Source of the DNA: Fistulifera solaris | Lineage: Eukaryota | Direction of reading: 5' to 3' | Length of the DNA stretch: 64,000 nt | NCBI GenBank assembly: GCA_030295235.1 | Contig: AP026164.1 | Span: 1,240,001 to 1,304,000 of the forward strand | Notes under the pieces: generated by a model | Seen by the model: the letters and a program-made list of their open reading frames with translations, nothing else | Databases searched by the model: none | Told to the model about the DNA's origin: nothing | In this document: in pieces, positions 23,901 through 37,488 of the stretch | Position numbering within the stretch: position 1 is the first letter of the stretch | How the letters are laid out: each line of letters opens with the position of its first letter | Made by a program: the position numbers and the translations under genes

Positions 23901-26900
23901 TTCAAGTGCAGTTAGTTATATCCTCATATTCCAGGCAGCTAGTTTTGCCAATAAAACGAACGATATGAAGGTTACATCAGACATCATTTCGTTGCTTCTC
24001 AATGAGCTGGCAGCAACTTTCCCTATTGTGGAAGCCAACTGGCAAGTTTCTCTTAGCGTCGCAGCAGCTCAGCAAGTCGATGAAGACTTTGAGCGCTGGA
24101 TTAAGTTAATGGCAAAAAGTTCTGAAGCTCCTTCAGCAATCTCAGAGAAAAAGGTAGAAGAGTCGGTTTCATGCATAGAAGTCCTTCGTCGGTTTGGTAT
24201 TCAGTCAGTCACCGGAGCTAGGCTTACGGAATTAAGGGTCTGGCCTGGCAAATGCTTTGTTGCTTCGTCGTTTCACGAGATCTTGTCGCAATGGCTACAT
24301 GCACAAAGGGCAGTGTTTCTTTCCCCTTTGATTTTGAACGAAATAGCGAACACTACGAAGTGGGCTTCAATTCTTTTGAGAGCAGCTGGAATCGTTGTCC
24401 AGGATACTCATTTGTCCCCTATGAATAGATCCGGTGTTTTCTTGAGGCCACAAGCAGAGGGCGTTCTGCCAGCGCGGTTTAGGGCCAGGATTCTACGAAT
24501 GTTATTTCACCTGTTGACTGCAATGGAAGGCGACATCATGGTCGTAGAGGGTCTATTCCAGCTTGCTGGTGTGACATCGCAAATCATTTCATACAGCCCA
24601 GAAGGAGATGATGGTAGTGTCTCGGCTGAGTCTGTGTCCTTATTACGAAGATTGTACGCGCATAAGCATGTTAGCTGGAGAGGATGTATCAATGTCGTCA
24701 TCTCAACCATTACGAATCCATCATACGATGCTGCGATCAATTTTCGAAAGAAAGTGGGTGTGCTGTCATTTTTGGCCGGCGCTTTGAGAGGTATACACAT
24801 TGGTTCAAACGTCGTTTTGAAATCACCCAATGCTACTGCTCTTTCAGCCGAACATTACGGGATTACTAGTAACAAGTCCCAGCCATCTTCTAGCCCTCCA
24901 TCGTCTTGTGGAATATCTGGATCACCGCACCATTTAGTTGGCAACGGCACCGAGAACATTGTTGCTGGACTTTGTTCAGATGAGGCTGCTGCGGGAATCA
25001 TTAGTAGAATCGACATGAAAAGCGGAATGTGCGAAGTTATCTTGTTCCCCCGAGATACTGACGCTGGTTTTGACAACCGATGTTTTCTGCAAAAAGGAAG
25101 GATCGTCGTTCTCTACCAATTCGAGCTTTACGCATGTTCCTGGGCGATGTGTTTCTTGCGCAAGAAGTACCTCTTTATCTGGACGCGTCATATCCGGCTG
25201 GACAGATACTAGGCGATTTGTTAACGACCTCATTGTCAACTTTACTCTCCGCTATTTCCATGAAAAAGCCACAAGATGTTGCCGGACCTGGCTTAGAGGT
25301 TCAAGAAGTGCAGCAGGGTCCCACGAATACAGACCTGATAAGTTCATCGGACCTTGTTAGGCCTCTTCATCAAGAGTCAAGTGATTGGAGGGAGAAGAAG
25401 AGCACAGATGTGAAATCTGCAATCGTAGCGTTGTGCTGTGACGTACTTTTAGTTCGCGCTTGCATAGCTGTCCTTTCTCAGGAGGATGTACTAAAGTCGT
25501 TTATGACTGAAGATTCCAACAAACAAACTCTTAGCCGAATCCTAGACCTAGCTTGGCCAGTGGTTTCGGAAGCAGCGAGCAATGCTGACTTGATTTCAGA
25601 GGTGCGATCAAAATCGCTTTCTTTTCTTTCCCTTCACGAAACAAGACTAGGATATCTAGCGGAATTGCTCCATGAAATTTCTTTTCGGTATCAAATTGTT
25701 CACGACTTACCCGAGGAGAATTTAAGGAACACACTTGATCGGTTTCAGTCTTGTAAGGCTGAGTCGATATCTCCAAGATCTAGACCATCAAACCGTCCAT
25801 CTCAAGATGATACAGAGATTCTTTCAAAAGCAATTCGTCGGGGTGCTGAAGAACATGGGCGGGAGGCAGCACGTCATTCAAGTCTGCTGCAAAATTCAAG
25901 TTCAAGGGGTAATATAAGTGACGACGAAGACGACAGTGACGCCGGTAACACCGCTGTGGAGCATCTCAGGGAAGCTGCTATAGCACAGATGGCTGAGTTA
26001 GGTTTGCCTAGATCCTGGTCGGAGTTCGCGCTGCGTCGTGTCGGAGGGGTTGACATCGAAGCAGCGGTAACTTTCTGTCTAGAGTATGGTGGAGAAATGG
26101 AGAGACTGTTGGCCGAAGAGACGGAAAGGGCGTCTCATCGCGATTCCTCTGAGAATCTAGGGATTCGAAGAGAGGGAAGAGAAATTAGCCCCGCTAGTCA
26201 TTCTATTAGGCAGCTAATGGAAATGGGATTTCCACGAAGATGGTGTATCGAGGCTCTTGCGGTAACAGGGAACAACCTTGATGAAGCGTTAACATGGATT
26301 CTCAACAACGGTGAGCGACTCAGTGAAGAAGACGAAGCAATTGAAGCTGCCGAAGATTGCGACGGTGACGAAGAGGACGAAGACGACGAAGAGGAAGGGC
26401 AAGCAGACGACTCACAAGGCTTGCAGAGTCACGTGTCTTCTGTTGAACAAAAGATAGGATGGAATGGCTCTATCACGCCGCTTCGTTTTATTTCAGGACG
26501 GTCTATAATTGACCCGGTTACTCTAGAGATTTCCGGTTTACCCAATGGCGGTTTTTCCTCCGTCGGAACTAAAGGGATCCTTCTTTTAACCGGTAAATGG
26601 TATTACGAGGCTACGCTTTTGACCGCTGGCTGCCTTCAAATTGGCTGGGCAGACGGAAGTTTTGCGGGTCACTGTCATGCTGAAAGAGGTGATGGTTGCG
26701 GCGATGGACCCAGTTCTTGGGCATATGATGGTTGGAGGAGGTACCGCTGGCATTCCACGGCCGTAGAATGGGGTTGTCGATGGAAGGAAGGAGATGTTGT
26801 TGGATGCATGGTAGACATGGACGCAAAAGAAATCTCTTTTACATTGAATGGTGAGGGAAGCAGCGTCGGAATGGGATTAGCGTTTTCAGGGGACGGTTTC

Positions 26901-29900
26901 CGACCGTGCGGAGGAGTTTACGCATGTGTTTCATTCAACCGTAAAGAGAAACTTCGACTTGTCTTGGGAGGGAGAGGTTGTGCACCATTTAAGTATCCGC
27001 CCCCACAGGGATATCGTGGAGTTGGCGAGGCTGTTTTTGATGCTGTGCGCGAGCTTGATTCAATTTTGGAGAAGGAACGGATACTAGGATACGCTAAGAA
27101 CTACACTCAGAAGGCCTTCCTTTGTGATTTTTCGGACAGTGAACATGGTCATGAACTCATGGCATGGGGCCACAGATACTATGGTGCAGATGCATCGGTC
27201 CATCTAGGCGCAGCAAGCTCGAAGCAAACATCAATAAAAATGAATTCGCAGCCACATCGAGTCAGTTCGGCGAATGCCAGCGTTTCTCGTCGTATTGAAA
27301 GCGCTTGGTCCAACAAACCAGCATCTCTCAACGTAAATTTCTGTACAGCGAGTCTTAGGGCCAGAATTTTGCAGGGATATCAAGATGCCAGTGAAACGGT
27401 TGCGTGTGAGCTGTTTCATGAATGTGTCACAGTTGCTATTTTACTCTCGCGTAAACTGACACTGCATTTGGCGGCTGGAATGGGGACGTGCTTTGATCCA
27501 ACATGCTTTGTGGACGATGATGATCGATCCGTAGAGATATTTGGTCAGATTTGGAGTGTGATAGAAGCATGTGCTAGTCTCAAAAGTTCTGGATGGGCAG
27601 GAGAGGCTGGAGCAATGGCGATGGCTGCAGAAGCCCTTGGACTTGGTATTTCAAGCAACGAGGTGGTGCATAATCGGTCACTCGGCGATCGAGCGGGGCT
27701 TGTTCCATGTTCTGATTTGGATATTAATCTCGTTTTACCTGTATCAGGTATTCCGCTTCTTCTTTCCAGCACGGGTCGCAGATTGTTACAGAAAGAAGAC
27801 AAATTGTTTGATTTTTTGGCGAGAGCTGAGCTCCCCCTTTGTAGTGCCGGAGGTGGTGGAGTGACTTCATTCATGCTAGAGAGCTTGCAAAGCGCCGTCT
27901 GTCACTCGTCGGGTTTCCGAAACATTTTGATTGCATCTATTAGAAGAGCAATACGTCTTCTTTCTGTTGTTCAATACGATGGCGACGATTGTTTCCAAAA
28001 CGATGGAAAACTAGAGGTAAGCGACTCACGTGGCTAACTAAGATTTATGGTCACGACTCACATCACAATTTTTTCGTAACCAAGGACGAACAAGACCACA
28101 GTAAACAAGATTACAAGAAGCCCAACGACCATGAACAACCTGATCCTCGCCTTGTAGCCTTTGTCAGTGGGCTGTTAATAAGCAAGGTGGCCGAATCGAA
28201 CATTCCTGCCGAATTTTCACAAATACAATGTCAGATCGCCGAAGCTTGGAGCATCGGCCTCCTTTCTGCATCCCTGCCTTGGAGGATGATTTGTGCATTC
28301 ACCGTTGCGGGAGTCATTAATTCCAATCCTTCTGTATTGAATGAAATCGTTGGAAATTCCTCTACGCTTGCACGTTATTTCGGACGACTTCCAAGTACGG
28401 TACTCAGGCGTGTGTGGGCAGAGCGAGCTGCGATCCCTGTTTGTTCAAGATACGCCCAGTCTTTGATTGAGTTACTCTCTGCTGTAAGACGCGCCGTCAA
28501 GGCAAATACACATCTCCAGGATAATTTTACCAAACAATGGGGATCATATGAGGTAGACGCTGCAACGCCTATCCCCTTAGACAATACTTTTGATTCGCAT
28601 GATATACCTGATCAGCCATGGCTGTCCACGGAAGGCTGGGTAAGTAGCGACTCCAACTGGCTGACATGCCTTGGTCAAATTTCCTACGAGGAAGTGAAGT
28701 GGAAAGCACCCACAAGATCTAGTGTTTCTACGCTCATGGACTCCGGTGACGGACCTCCTTTCTTGTGTGTAGGTTGCACAGTCCTCCGTGGTCCTGACTG
28801 GGAGAAAGACGGTTCTGGGGCACGTGACAAGAATGAAGATGGGAAAGATAAGAATGAAAAAGAGAAGATGCATTGTGATGCCAAGGACTCTCTCGTTACA
28901 GACGTGAAGAAGGTCAGCATAGAGATTGATGACCCAGATGGTCAAGGGGATAGGTCTACTGCTGATGGTGACGATAAACCCCGGACAGATGATCAACCAA
29001 CAACAACACAAAGTTCAAAAGACGCAAGGCGGAGTTCTGGGCTCCCAGTGGGAACAGTTTTAGCCATTGAACCATGGAATGGCATACCAGCCTTGGCAAG
29101 ACGAGTACGATGGCATCTGACTAATACTGAAGGTGTTTACAGATTCGGGGGCGATGGGGGTCGCTTTGATATCTGCCATGTGGAAGTTAACAGAAAAGCA
29201 ACTCGGGTGAAAAAGCGACATCCACTTCCCGAAACGACAGAGCAGCGTGCATTGCGACGCGGCTTTGGTCAGAAGAAGACATTTGGTATTATTTTGCGTT
29301 TGAAGAGTTCTCCCTTCAAGTCTGCGTGTTGTAACGTGCAGGGTGCTAGAGATCCCCGCATTCGGCGCTGGGATCCTTGTGAATTGTTCAGGGAATGATG
29401 ACGGTTCTGTGTTATTGAGAGAAGAAAAATTACTCTACGGTTCGAAGGACTCTGGCTGGGAGATTAGATTTGGTCAACCTTCTTATGTACCAGGAAGCCA
29501 ATACAAGCTGGGAGTACCCACGTCGTTAGCACTTGGACCAGATGATGCATTCATGTCTTTGTACGAAGAAGTCCGCGGCGGCAACTCTTTTGATGTCCTC
29601 GCTTTGCGTAACCCTGAGGATGGGAGTACTTTGACCATCAAAAGTGAAATTAGTCTCAAAAAACCTTTGACAGCGCCACACCACGGCAAAAAGGAGATGA
29701 GCGCCGGTACGACCCCCTTCTGTTTCGACCCAGAATGTCATGCTGGATCTCTCGCTCTTTCGCGTGATTGCAGGACCGTCACGTGTGTGGGATCAGAAGG
29801 CCGTGGCACAGCATTCGCTAATGTTGGTTTCACAAAAGGTGTACATTACTGGGAAGTAAAACTCGAGCAAGCTGATGTAGGAAGCATCTTCATTGGAGTC

Positions 29901-32900
29901 GCAGAAAAGAGCAACGGATCGAGTCCAGCCTCAGTAAATGACCCTGCTCCGAAGCTCAATCGTTGGCTTGGTTGGGGATTTGTCAATTTTAGGGCCACTT
30001 ATACTTCTGGGGCTGAGCGAGTCTACGGTGCTCATTGTCATTCGGGTGATACGGTAGGAGTTCTTCTTGATTGTGACGCGGGTAGGCTTTCTTTTTTCTT
30101 TGATGGATTAAAATATGGCGAACACATATTGAATGATCTGGGATGCGCTTTTGAAAACCTTTCGCCATTTGGTTTCAATGTGGAGGGATGCGGTTCTGGT
30201 GGAGCCGGGCAGGGTGCTCCTAATGGATTTGATGGAGGTCGGGCGGGACGTTATCCTTCTCAAGGCGCTGTTCGACCCAGATCTTTGTTTCCTGTCATTG
30301 GGCTTCGAAACCAAGGAGACAGAGTCACGATTTCATCAAAATGGAGCACTAGTTTGGGTATCGACGGTGCAAAGCTTGTGAACAATATCCTCGCAGTTGA
30401 GGAAGTAGTTTCTTCGTATCGTCTATCTGTTTCTCCTAATATTCCTGAGTGGCTGATCAATGAAGCTTTCTTAGAGTACCAAAAATGGAGCGAGTCTGCA
30501 GTTATCCATTTTAGTACCAGAGGCAGTGGCGCGTATCGAATGGTATCTACCAGCCTTGACGTAATGCTTGACACTTCACCAATAGTTTGCGCGGCAGCTT
30601 CGGCATCTTTAGGTCTCGATACCGCACTTCTCCCCGGTGACCGTGTTCGCCTTACCCGTAGTGCAGGAAGGTTACTCGAATTATTGGAGGAAGCGATCAT
30701 TTTAGGATCTCAGAACGGAAGGTTATACTATCGTATCGTCTCACAGAAGAGCGAGGGAGGAAGCTTGACGGAAGGAGGTGGAAGAGCTTGGTTCTTTGAC
30801 GAGAGTGAGGTTGTTGACGGATTACCACATGTAATCCCAGCCAAAGGTCATGGTGTGGCTTTGCCAAAGCTCGACAGATTCAAATGTCCTTCGTCAGCCG
30901 GACTTCAAGTTGTGCACGAGTCAGGGGCCGTTCTACGATCAGATTTGGAGATCAATGATGGATCAATAATACTTGGAACAATTCCCGTTGGAACGCTACT
31001 CTCAAAAGATCAGGTAACAGAAAGGCGTGTAAACTCTTGTGGGGTGGTTCGCTACCGTATTCAGCATGAGGAGCTGGGAGAGGGTTGGATTAGCGCTAGA
31101 ATTCGTGGAGGAAAGGAAGAGGTTATAGTTGTACCCATCAACGGCGAAAATGCAACGAAGAGTTACTTAACACCTTCAGAATGCGCGACGGAGTGGTATG
31201 ATACTTGGATCAGCGAAGGAGGTAGCCATGGTAGCCTCTCACAGTTTCTGATCGAGGACGTTCATGATTTCAAGGCTGAGCTTGCTTCCGGAATTTTCCC
31301 CGGGATGACGACACTCGAAAGTGACAGCCTTATTGTCTCTGCAATCAACGCAGTGAGCAATGTCTCGGAACGTGGGGACTCTCTGGAAATAAGTTTTCAT
31401 GATCTGGCTTCCGCTCTCGCTTTTGCTTTACCACATTTGCCACACAGGTTGTCAGACAACTCACTTTCAAGCAACTCCTGTCTCCACACTGCTGCTACAG
31501 TTCTAGCAAGTGTCCGAGAAAGCCCCAAAAGTCTGAAGGCAATTATGGTTCGTGCAGCGTTCCTTCGAGCACTGAATCGCCGAGTCAGACTAGCTCTACC
31601 ATGGCTATCGATTCGCCCCTGCCAAGAAGGCTCTTCAATTCTTGGAGGATTTTGTGGTCATGGTGCGCCAATGGAAAGATCTGGACGTAGTAGACTGCAG
31701 GCACCTAATTGGACTCAGCTACCAGGTACTGCCACAGCCCTCCGTCAATGTAAGGGCATAATCTTTTCGAGTGTCAAGCGAGAATTCATTCAAAGTGTAA
31801 CGGAAGTTACAACCACCCCGACGCCGCTGAGTCATGATGAATACGAACTACCCCGGGAAATAAGAACTGTGCGCATCAATCGATTAAGAGCTGGAAGAAC
31901 AATGATGGGACAAGATATTGGAGCTAAGAGAAAATACAGTGTTTTTGCACAACTTCGAGCTGAAACAAAGAGCTGGGGTGGAGCAGCTCTTCGCCGTGGT
32001 TATGTCGCGAAAGGACACGGTGGACAGAAAAGGGCTTTTAAGGTGAAACTAATCGGTGAAGGTGTGAACGACTACTCAGGGCCTTATAGGGAAGTTTTTA
32101 CTGATGCGGTAAGAGAGGCCTCGCAAGTAGACGGAAATGGACTTGGGTCGTTGGGTGTGCTTGACGCTACGCCAAACAACGTGTCGGATGTGGGTGAAAA
32201 TCGTGGTCTATACATGTTCTCGTTGAACGGGAGAATCATCAACTCCGAAGTGCTTCGAAAACCTTCGGACAGACTAGAAGCTATTCAGCAAAGCTTTGAT
32301 ATTCTTACTTTGCCTAGAGATGAAATATCTCGCGAAGTTGAAGACTCGCTTGTCTTCCTTGGCCGTCTGATTGGCACGGCCTTTCGACATGGTATATCGG
32401 TCGATCTCCCTCTCCCGCTTTATTCTGTTTGGAAGGCTCTAACAGAAGAAAGATGTGATATGACAATCCAAATGAATGAGTTGGACTTATTTGCCTCTCG
32501 GCAATTGAAAACGGATGAAGAATATTCTGGGTCTCACGACCTTATTCTTTGGCAAAGGCGACTGCTAAATCCTTTCACGGAAGGACTGAGTAGTGTACTT
32601 TCCAGTTGAGCTCTTCCCGCTTCTAACGGGGGAAGAGCTCCGAGAATCGATTTGCGGAAATCCTGATGTCGACGTCGATCTGCTTAAGAAAGTGGTTGAA
32701 ATCGAGGGTTTTGAAAAGGATGCGGAGGTGATTGGTTTTTTCTGGGAAACGTTGCGTGAAATGACAAACAGCGAGCGCATGCAGTTCCTTCAATTTGTGT
32801 GGGCTCGAAACCGACTGCCACTTCGGGAATCGGATTTCGAAGCGCCATTCAAGATATTGAAAGACTCCATCAATCAAGGGGAAAAGGCTGATTTGGCGCT

Positions 32901-33062
32901 ACCTAGTGCTTCTACATGCTTTTTCTCTTTGACATTACCCGAATACAGCAGCAAGGAAATTTTGCGGTCCAAGCTACTTTTGCTATAACAAACGTGACCA
33001 CAATGGAAACTGATTTTCAAACGAACAGCGCTGAGATCTCTGAAGGGTATCGAGCGTTCTAG
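17927..33062 (+). CDS. Giant HECT E3 ubiquitin ligase (about 4900 aa) with three SPRY domains, two UBA domains and a MIB/HERC2-like domain; introns 18053-18117, 21365-21435, 28017-28084; several apparent frameshifts
   Basis: SPRY motifs GIHRWAVRLD, GKWYYEATL..QIGWA and GVHYWEVKLE. UBA motifs QMAELGLPRSW..IEAAVTF and QLMEMGFPRRW..LDEALTWIL. MIB/HERC2 motif VLRGPDW..RVRW..YRFG. HECT motifs VKLIGEGVNDYSGPYRE, FFWETLREM..FLQFVW and catalytic LPSASTCFFSLTLP. Confidence 0.9.
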
Positions 33063-33122
33063 TGCTTTTGGAAAAGAGAAACTGTTACAATAGATTTGAA
33101 ACTCTTTACATAGAAAATGCAC

Positions 33123-33716
33123 CTAGCAGAGACGTCTCAATAGTTGCAACAGCTCAGGAAATGGTTCGAAGAAGTGTGACCGTCCTGGTAACATATGATA
33201 AGTATCCCTTAAACCTAAACCATCCTTGATTTTCTCTGCTTCGTAGAGAGGAATGAAAGGATCATCGTTCGAATGAAACTGATGGAAAATTGGGCAATTA
33301 CGTTTCATTTCTTCGAATTGATAGCCGTTGGAAAGGGTAGCACCATCCGGTCCCAATGTGGGATAGTAACCTGACGCTCGTTCACCGGCATCGCCGAGAT
33401 CTGTAAAGGTAGCCGAAACCAAGACAGCAGCACGACATGGATATTCTTCCGTGTATCTCAAAACAGCCTGTGCCCCAGAACTATGACCTACTAGTATAAT
33501 GTTCGTTTCGTCTTCTGTCTTTTCTACAGCAAGCTTTCGAATAAACGGCACCCATCTATCACGTCGAGCTCTGTTAGGATCGGGAAAATCTTCGCAAATG
33601 CAGGGAATTGAAAGCTCCGTGAGACGCTCGAACAGATTGCCATACCAATTCGATTGACGAATACTTGAGCAGCCGTTCCCTGGACAAATGATAACCGTCG
33701 GAAGCGATGCCTTCAT
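33123..33716 (-). CDS. RBBP9/YdeN-family alpha/beta hydrolase
   Basis: IICPGNG..NWY..FPDP..ARR..W; nucleophile elbow GHSSGA; FHSNDDPFIP; GRSHF. Confidence 0.88.
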   Translation of the reverse strand: MKASLPTVIICPGNGCSSIRQSNWYGNLFERLTELSIPCICEDFPDPNRARRDRWVPFIRKLAVEKTEDETNIILVGHSSGAQAVLRYTEEYPCRAAVLVSATFTDLGDAGERASGYYPTLGPDGATLSNGYQFEEMKRNCPIFHQFHSNDDPFIPLYEAEKIKDGLGLRDTYHMLPGRSHFFEPFPELLQLLRRLC

Positions 33717-33953
33717 GATCAAGTTCTACTGGAATGATCAGGTGGTATTTTGAGCATTCATTTCCTATGGAAGGATGCAACCTTGCGAAAGTCTACGTAG
33801 ATTTCACGTGGCTCTCGCAGGAAATTGATCGACAGAGCGAGTACCCGGATATACTTGAATTCGATCATTGATGATAATATACACAGCGTCATCGAGTCAC
33901 TAGCAGTATCTCTAAAGTCTTAAGATTGACTTAAACCCAAGCAGCTATCCACC

Positions 33954-34535
33954 ATGGCGGGTAGACTAGTCATCAGCAGACAAAAATCTTATTGCCCGTG
34001 GAAAGCGGAAAACGTCGCGCGGGCAGTTCGGAAGGAGAAAGAGCGTGTTGCATCCGAGAAAGCCAAAGACCAGGTGGCGTTGCAGCGGGCGCTGGAGACT
34101 CGTTCCCGTCTAGAGGAAAGTACCGAAAAGCATCCCCAACACGTAAATTTATTCGAAAAGAAGAAAAAGAACATCATTTACTGAACGGATTATCATCCCA
34201 GGCACCAGAATACAAGGAGCCGTCTCGGCGATGCACAGGCGTTTACTTGGACCAATCCACGAGGCAGATGTCGCAACGCAGCACTTCAAAAAAAAGACGA
34301 GCAAACAAGAATAGAGAAAGAGAAAATGGAGTTGGATCCCATGAAAGACTTTCATCAAAGAACTGAGAGCCGCAAGGATTACGACAAGCGAGACAAAAAG
34401 AATATAGCCAGGAAAAGGCATTATCGCTCTGAGGGGACGAAATACAGTTTAGAAGAGCTTCGTAAACGACGAATGGCTCGTGAAGCGACAGAGCGAGATC
34501 GTGAACAAGTGATAATTAATTCGCGAACATTTTGA
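33954..34535 (+). CDS. LENG1-like / Cir_N-domain splicing-associated protein (several apparent frameshifts)
   Basis: N-terminal KSYCPWKAENVAR, HVNLFE, LDPM and C-terminal SLEELRKRRMAREATER are spread over three overlapping ORFs separated by A-runs. Confidence 0.6.
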
Positions 34536-35089
34536 AGCCCTGTGGTACTACAAACATCTTGAAAGACTTCTCTTCCGTCCTTGCTAGAGCAATATCAAAC
34601 GTGTGTAGTGACCTAATCCAGTACCATCAGGTACGAAGCACAAGCACAATTTTACAAGAGATTGAAATTATTCTTGCTTAAGGGACTTATAGGTCGACTT
34701 CATAATACGTAAACAGAAAAAAAAAAAGAGAAAATGGTGGTGAGACTTCATCTCTTGACGTTGATAAATAAGTCGAGCTGTTTTAATAACAATTATTTTT
34801 ATAAAAGCCATTTTCATTCATTTCATGGTTTTCTCTACGTATACCCATCATATCATCGATAAAAACGACTAAGCTGTAGACGGCTTCAACAAAGTTTCAC
34901 GGAAATTCGAATGGAAAGCGCATATAATCGAGCGATATCATCTTTTACCCCAACTCAACACGAAGCACCTACTTGCAACTTGACCAAAAGAGAAAGAGTG
35001 CCGATTGTTAACTCTTGAATGATGCAAGGTATGTAGTTTCTTCTCGCCAATTCTGAAGATGCTCTCTAGAAACAAGTGTGATGCGCGCT

Positions 35090-35731
35090 TTAACCATCGA
35101 CGCGATCACGCACTGCCGACAGCAATTGTTTCCGACGCGCTATTTTACCCTGACACGTCCACATCAACGCTGCCGCTGCACTGAGAATATGCCATAGGGA
35201 ATGCAACCACGCGTAACCAGGTCGTAATGGTAAAGCCAAGCACAACAAACCCGCCACACCAAGGGCTAAAGCGTTTCGGTTGGGGAGACCACAAATATGA
35301 TAAAAGTAAAAGACCGCCGCACCCGCAATACCGTGATCCACATAGTACAAGGCTTCCGCATAGGGCAAGGTTGCGTGGCCCATAGACTGGACGGCATGAA
35401 AGACCGTGCTCACCAAGCCAGCCGCCCAAATCCAAAACGCCAGACACCCGTAGGGACAAAATAATCTGTTTCGCCGGGGCGGCAATTCGTTCATGATCCG
35501 ATATCCAGCCAAAAAATACGATAAATTCGATCCCAAGAATGCTCCAATGACCAAGGCTGCATCGGGGCACTCCCAAATGTAGTCAACTTGTACCATTTTC
35601 CAAAATGGCGGGGTAGAAACCGGGCCCAAGACAACAGGAACCGCGCACAGTGTCAGGGGTATCGACCACCAATAACGGGTTGCCAACTTCTGCAGAAGCA
35701 CTGGCAAGTGCAATAGCCGCGACATCATCAT
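35090..35731 (-). CDS. CREST-superfamily multi-pass membrane protein (TMEM8/DUF3522-like)
   Basis: Several hydrophobic helices carrying SxxxH (STVFH), a conserved Asp (YVDH) and HxxxH (HSLWH). Confidence 0.7.
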   Translation of the reverse strand: MMMSRLLHLPVLLQKLATRYWWSIPLTLCAVPVVLGPVSTPPFWKMVQVDYIWECPDAALVIGAFLGSNLSYFLAGYRIMNELPPRRNRLFCPYGCLAFWIWAAGLVSTVFHAVQSMGHATLPYAEALYYVDHGIAGAAVFYFYHICGLPNRNALALGVAGLLCLALPLRPGYAWLHSLWHILSAAAALMWTCQGKIARRKQLLSAVRDRVDG

Positions 35732-36461
35732 GTTATGCAGGGCCTGGAAGAATGGCGAGACTGTTTTCGTTTCGAAAGCGAGGTATTTCGGTCGCCTTTC
35801 TACTTCAGTAACATCATTTCTGTATCGACTAGACCAAACAGACCTCTGACGCTTCGTGTCTATTATTCTTTTCCAGATAGTGGATGACAAGAGGAAAGAA
35901 CAGAGAGCGGCCTCCCGGGTAGCGAAGAAGACTGATAATGACCGTAAGGATACGCCTCAATCGATGGGAACTGCTGAAAAAGCACCATCAGGAGCATAAA
36001 AAGCAAATCAGAGACCGAAAGTAACTTCATTATTCACAACAAAGTTGTTTGTTATCAGGACTGATAGTCTCATGTAAGAGTTGCCATTAATTAGAAGGAA
36101 AATCGTTCCAAGGTCGTTGATTGACAAGAAAGAAAATGGGCAACAACAAAAAAATGCGAAGCAAAACTATCCGCCTGGATAATACGAGTGTATTTACCAT
36201 AGCCCTGAAGAGTGATGGGGTAGTCTCATAGCGGTATTGAAACGGCATTCTACGCAGTATGTCGCAGTTAGTAGGAATGAATGACGTCATCTTCGTGCTG
36301 GTTGTGCCAACGCCTTTTTTCCTTCGAGGAGAGGAGATCAATAACGGCGGCCATTGCATGAATTATCATCAAATACCAGGTACTTGCCTTTCATAGAAAG
36401 AAGGCTTGAAAAAAAAAGACATCTCTTCCGTTCATACTTATCAAATATAATCGCATAGAAT

Positions 36462-37188
36462 ATGTTATCAGTCGCTTCACGGAACCTGACTTCTCATTCG
36501 AGGAGGAGTCGTCTATTGAGAAAAAAACTTCCCCTCCGAATCTTGTCTGCGCACAGCGAATCTTACGTTCTGCCGCGAAGAGAAGAGAAAGAACAAAGCC
36601 ATTTACCACAACCGATCCGAATCTTACAGCAACGCTGCTTTTCGGCAACAACGAAGGAAGGAACACGAGCCGAACGTTTTCGCGAACGCGCGGAGGAAAT
36701 GCGGGACAATGCCTCTGAACGCTGGCACGAATTGCGAGAAGACCCCAAGAAAGGGGCTCTTGCATTCGGTGCCATGATGAAAAAAGTACGGTCCAGTCTT
36801 TATTGGTACTTATTTGAGTGTGTATGTGACGACATTGGCGTTGCTTTTCGGCGGAATCGAAACGGGAGTGTTAGATCCGGTCGTTCTATTTCAATGGATT
36901 GGTTCCGATAGTGGTTCTGTTTCTGCCAGCACAACATACGATCTAGTGATGGAGTTCATGAAGAATCACGCCGTAACAAAACCAGCCGTTCCTTATTTGG
37001 AAAAGTATCCTTCCATGGCAAATTTTGCGGTGGCCTGGATTACTGTGAAATTTACCGAACCGGTACGGTTGCCTGTAGCACTATTCCTCACCCCCAGAGT
37101 AGCTCGGATGGTCGGTTACCGCCCCAAGGAGATTGTAGAAGAGAAAATACAACAGGAGAAAGAAAAAATCAAACAAACTGTGAATTAA
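36462..37188 (+). CDS. FAM210/DUF1279-like mitochondrial membrane protein (frameshift at A-run ~36780-36786)
   Basis: Arg/Ser-rich presequence. After frame correction: MMKKYGPVFIGTYLSVYV...ANFAVAWITVKFTEPVRLPVALFLTPRVAR. Confidence 0.8.
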
Positions 37189-37488
37189 AAAAGTCAAAAA
37201 GGAGCGTCAAACACAGTCAAGCCGTGCCGTCAGGGTACTTTTGATTGATTTTAACTTAACACATGATCATACACTTTACAAAACTACGAGTAGTGGTGCT
37301 ATTCGGTAAACTAATAAATGAAGAGGAAGTGCCTCATCTCAACTCGTTTTAAGTCGAATCAAATCGAATCAACGATAAAGCGAAACGTTAACACCTGTCG
37401 TATCAAGTATCAATATTGTTTTTATATAATCAACTTCTCTTGAAGGAAACTTGCATAGATATTGAACGCCAAATACGCCCAAAACAAT

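Noticed and set aside
17927..33062. Reading the many adjacent ORFs as an operon or multi-gene system
   Set aside because: The pieces are collinear domains of one HECT ligase, joined by introns and small indels.
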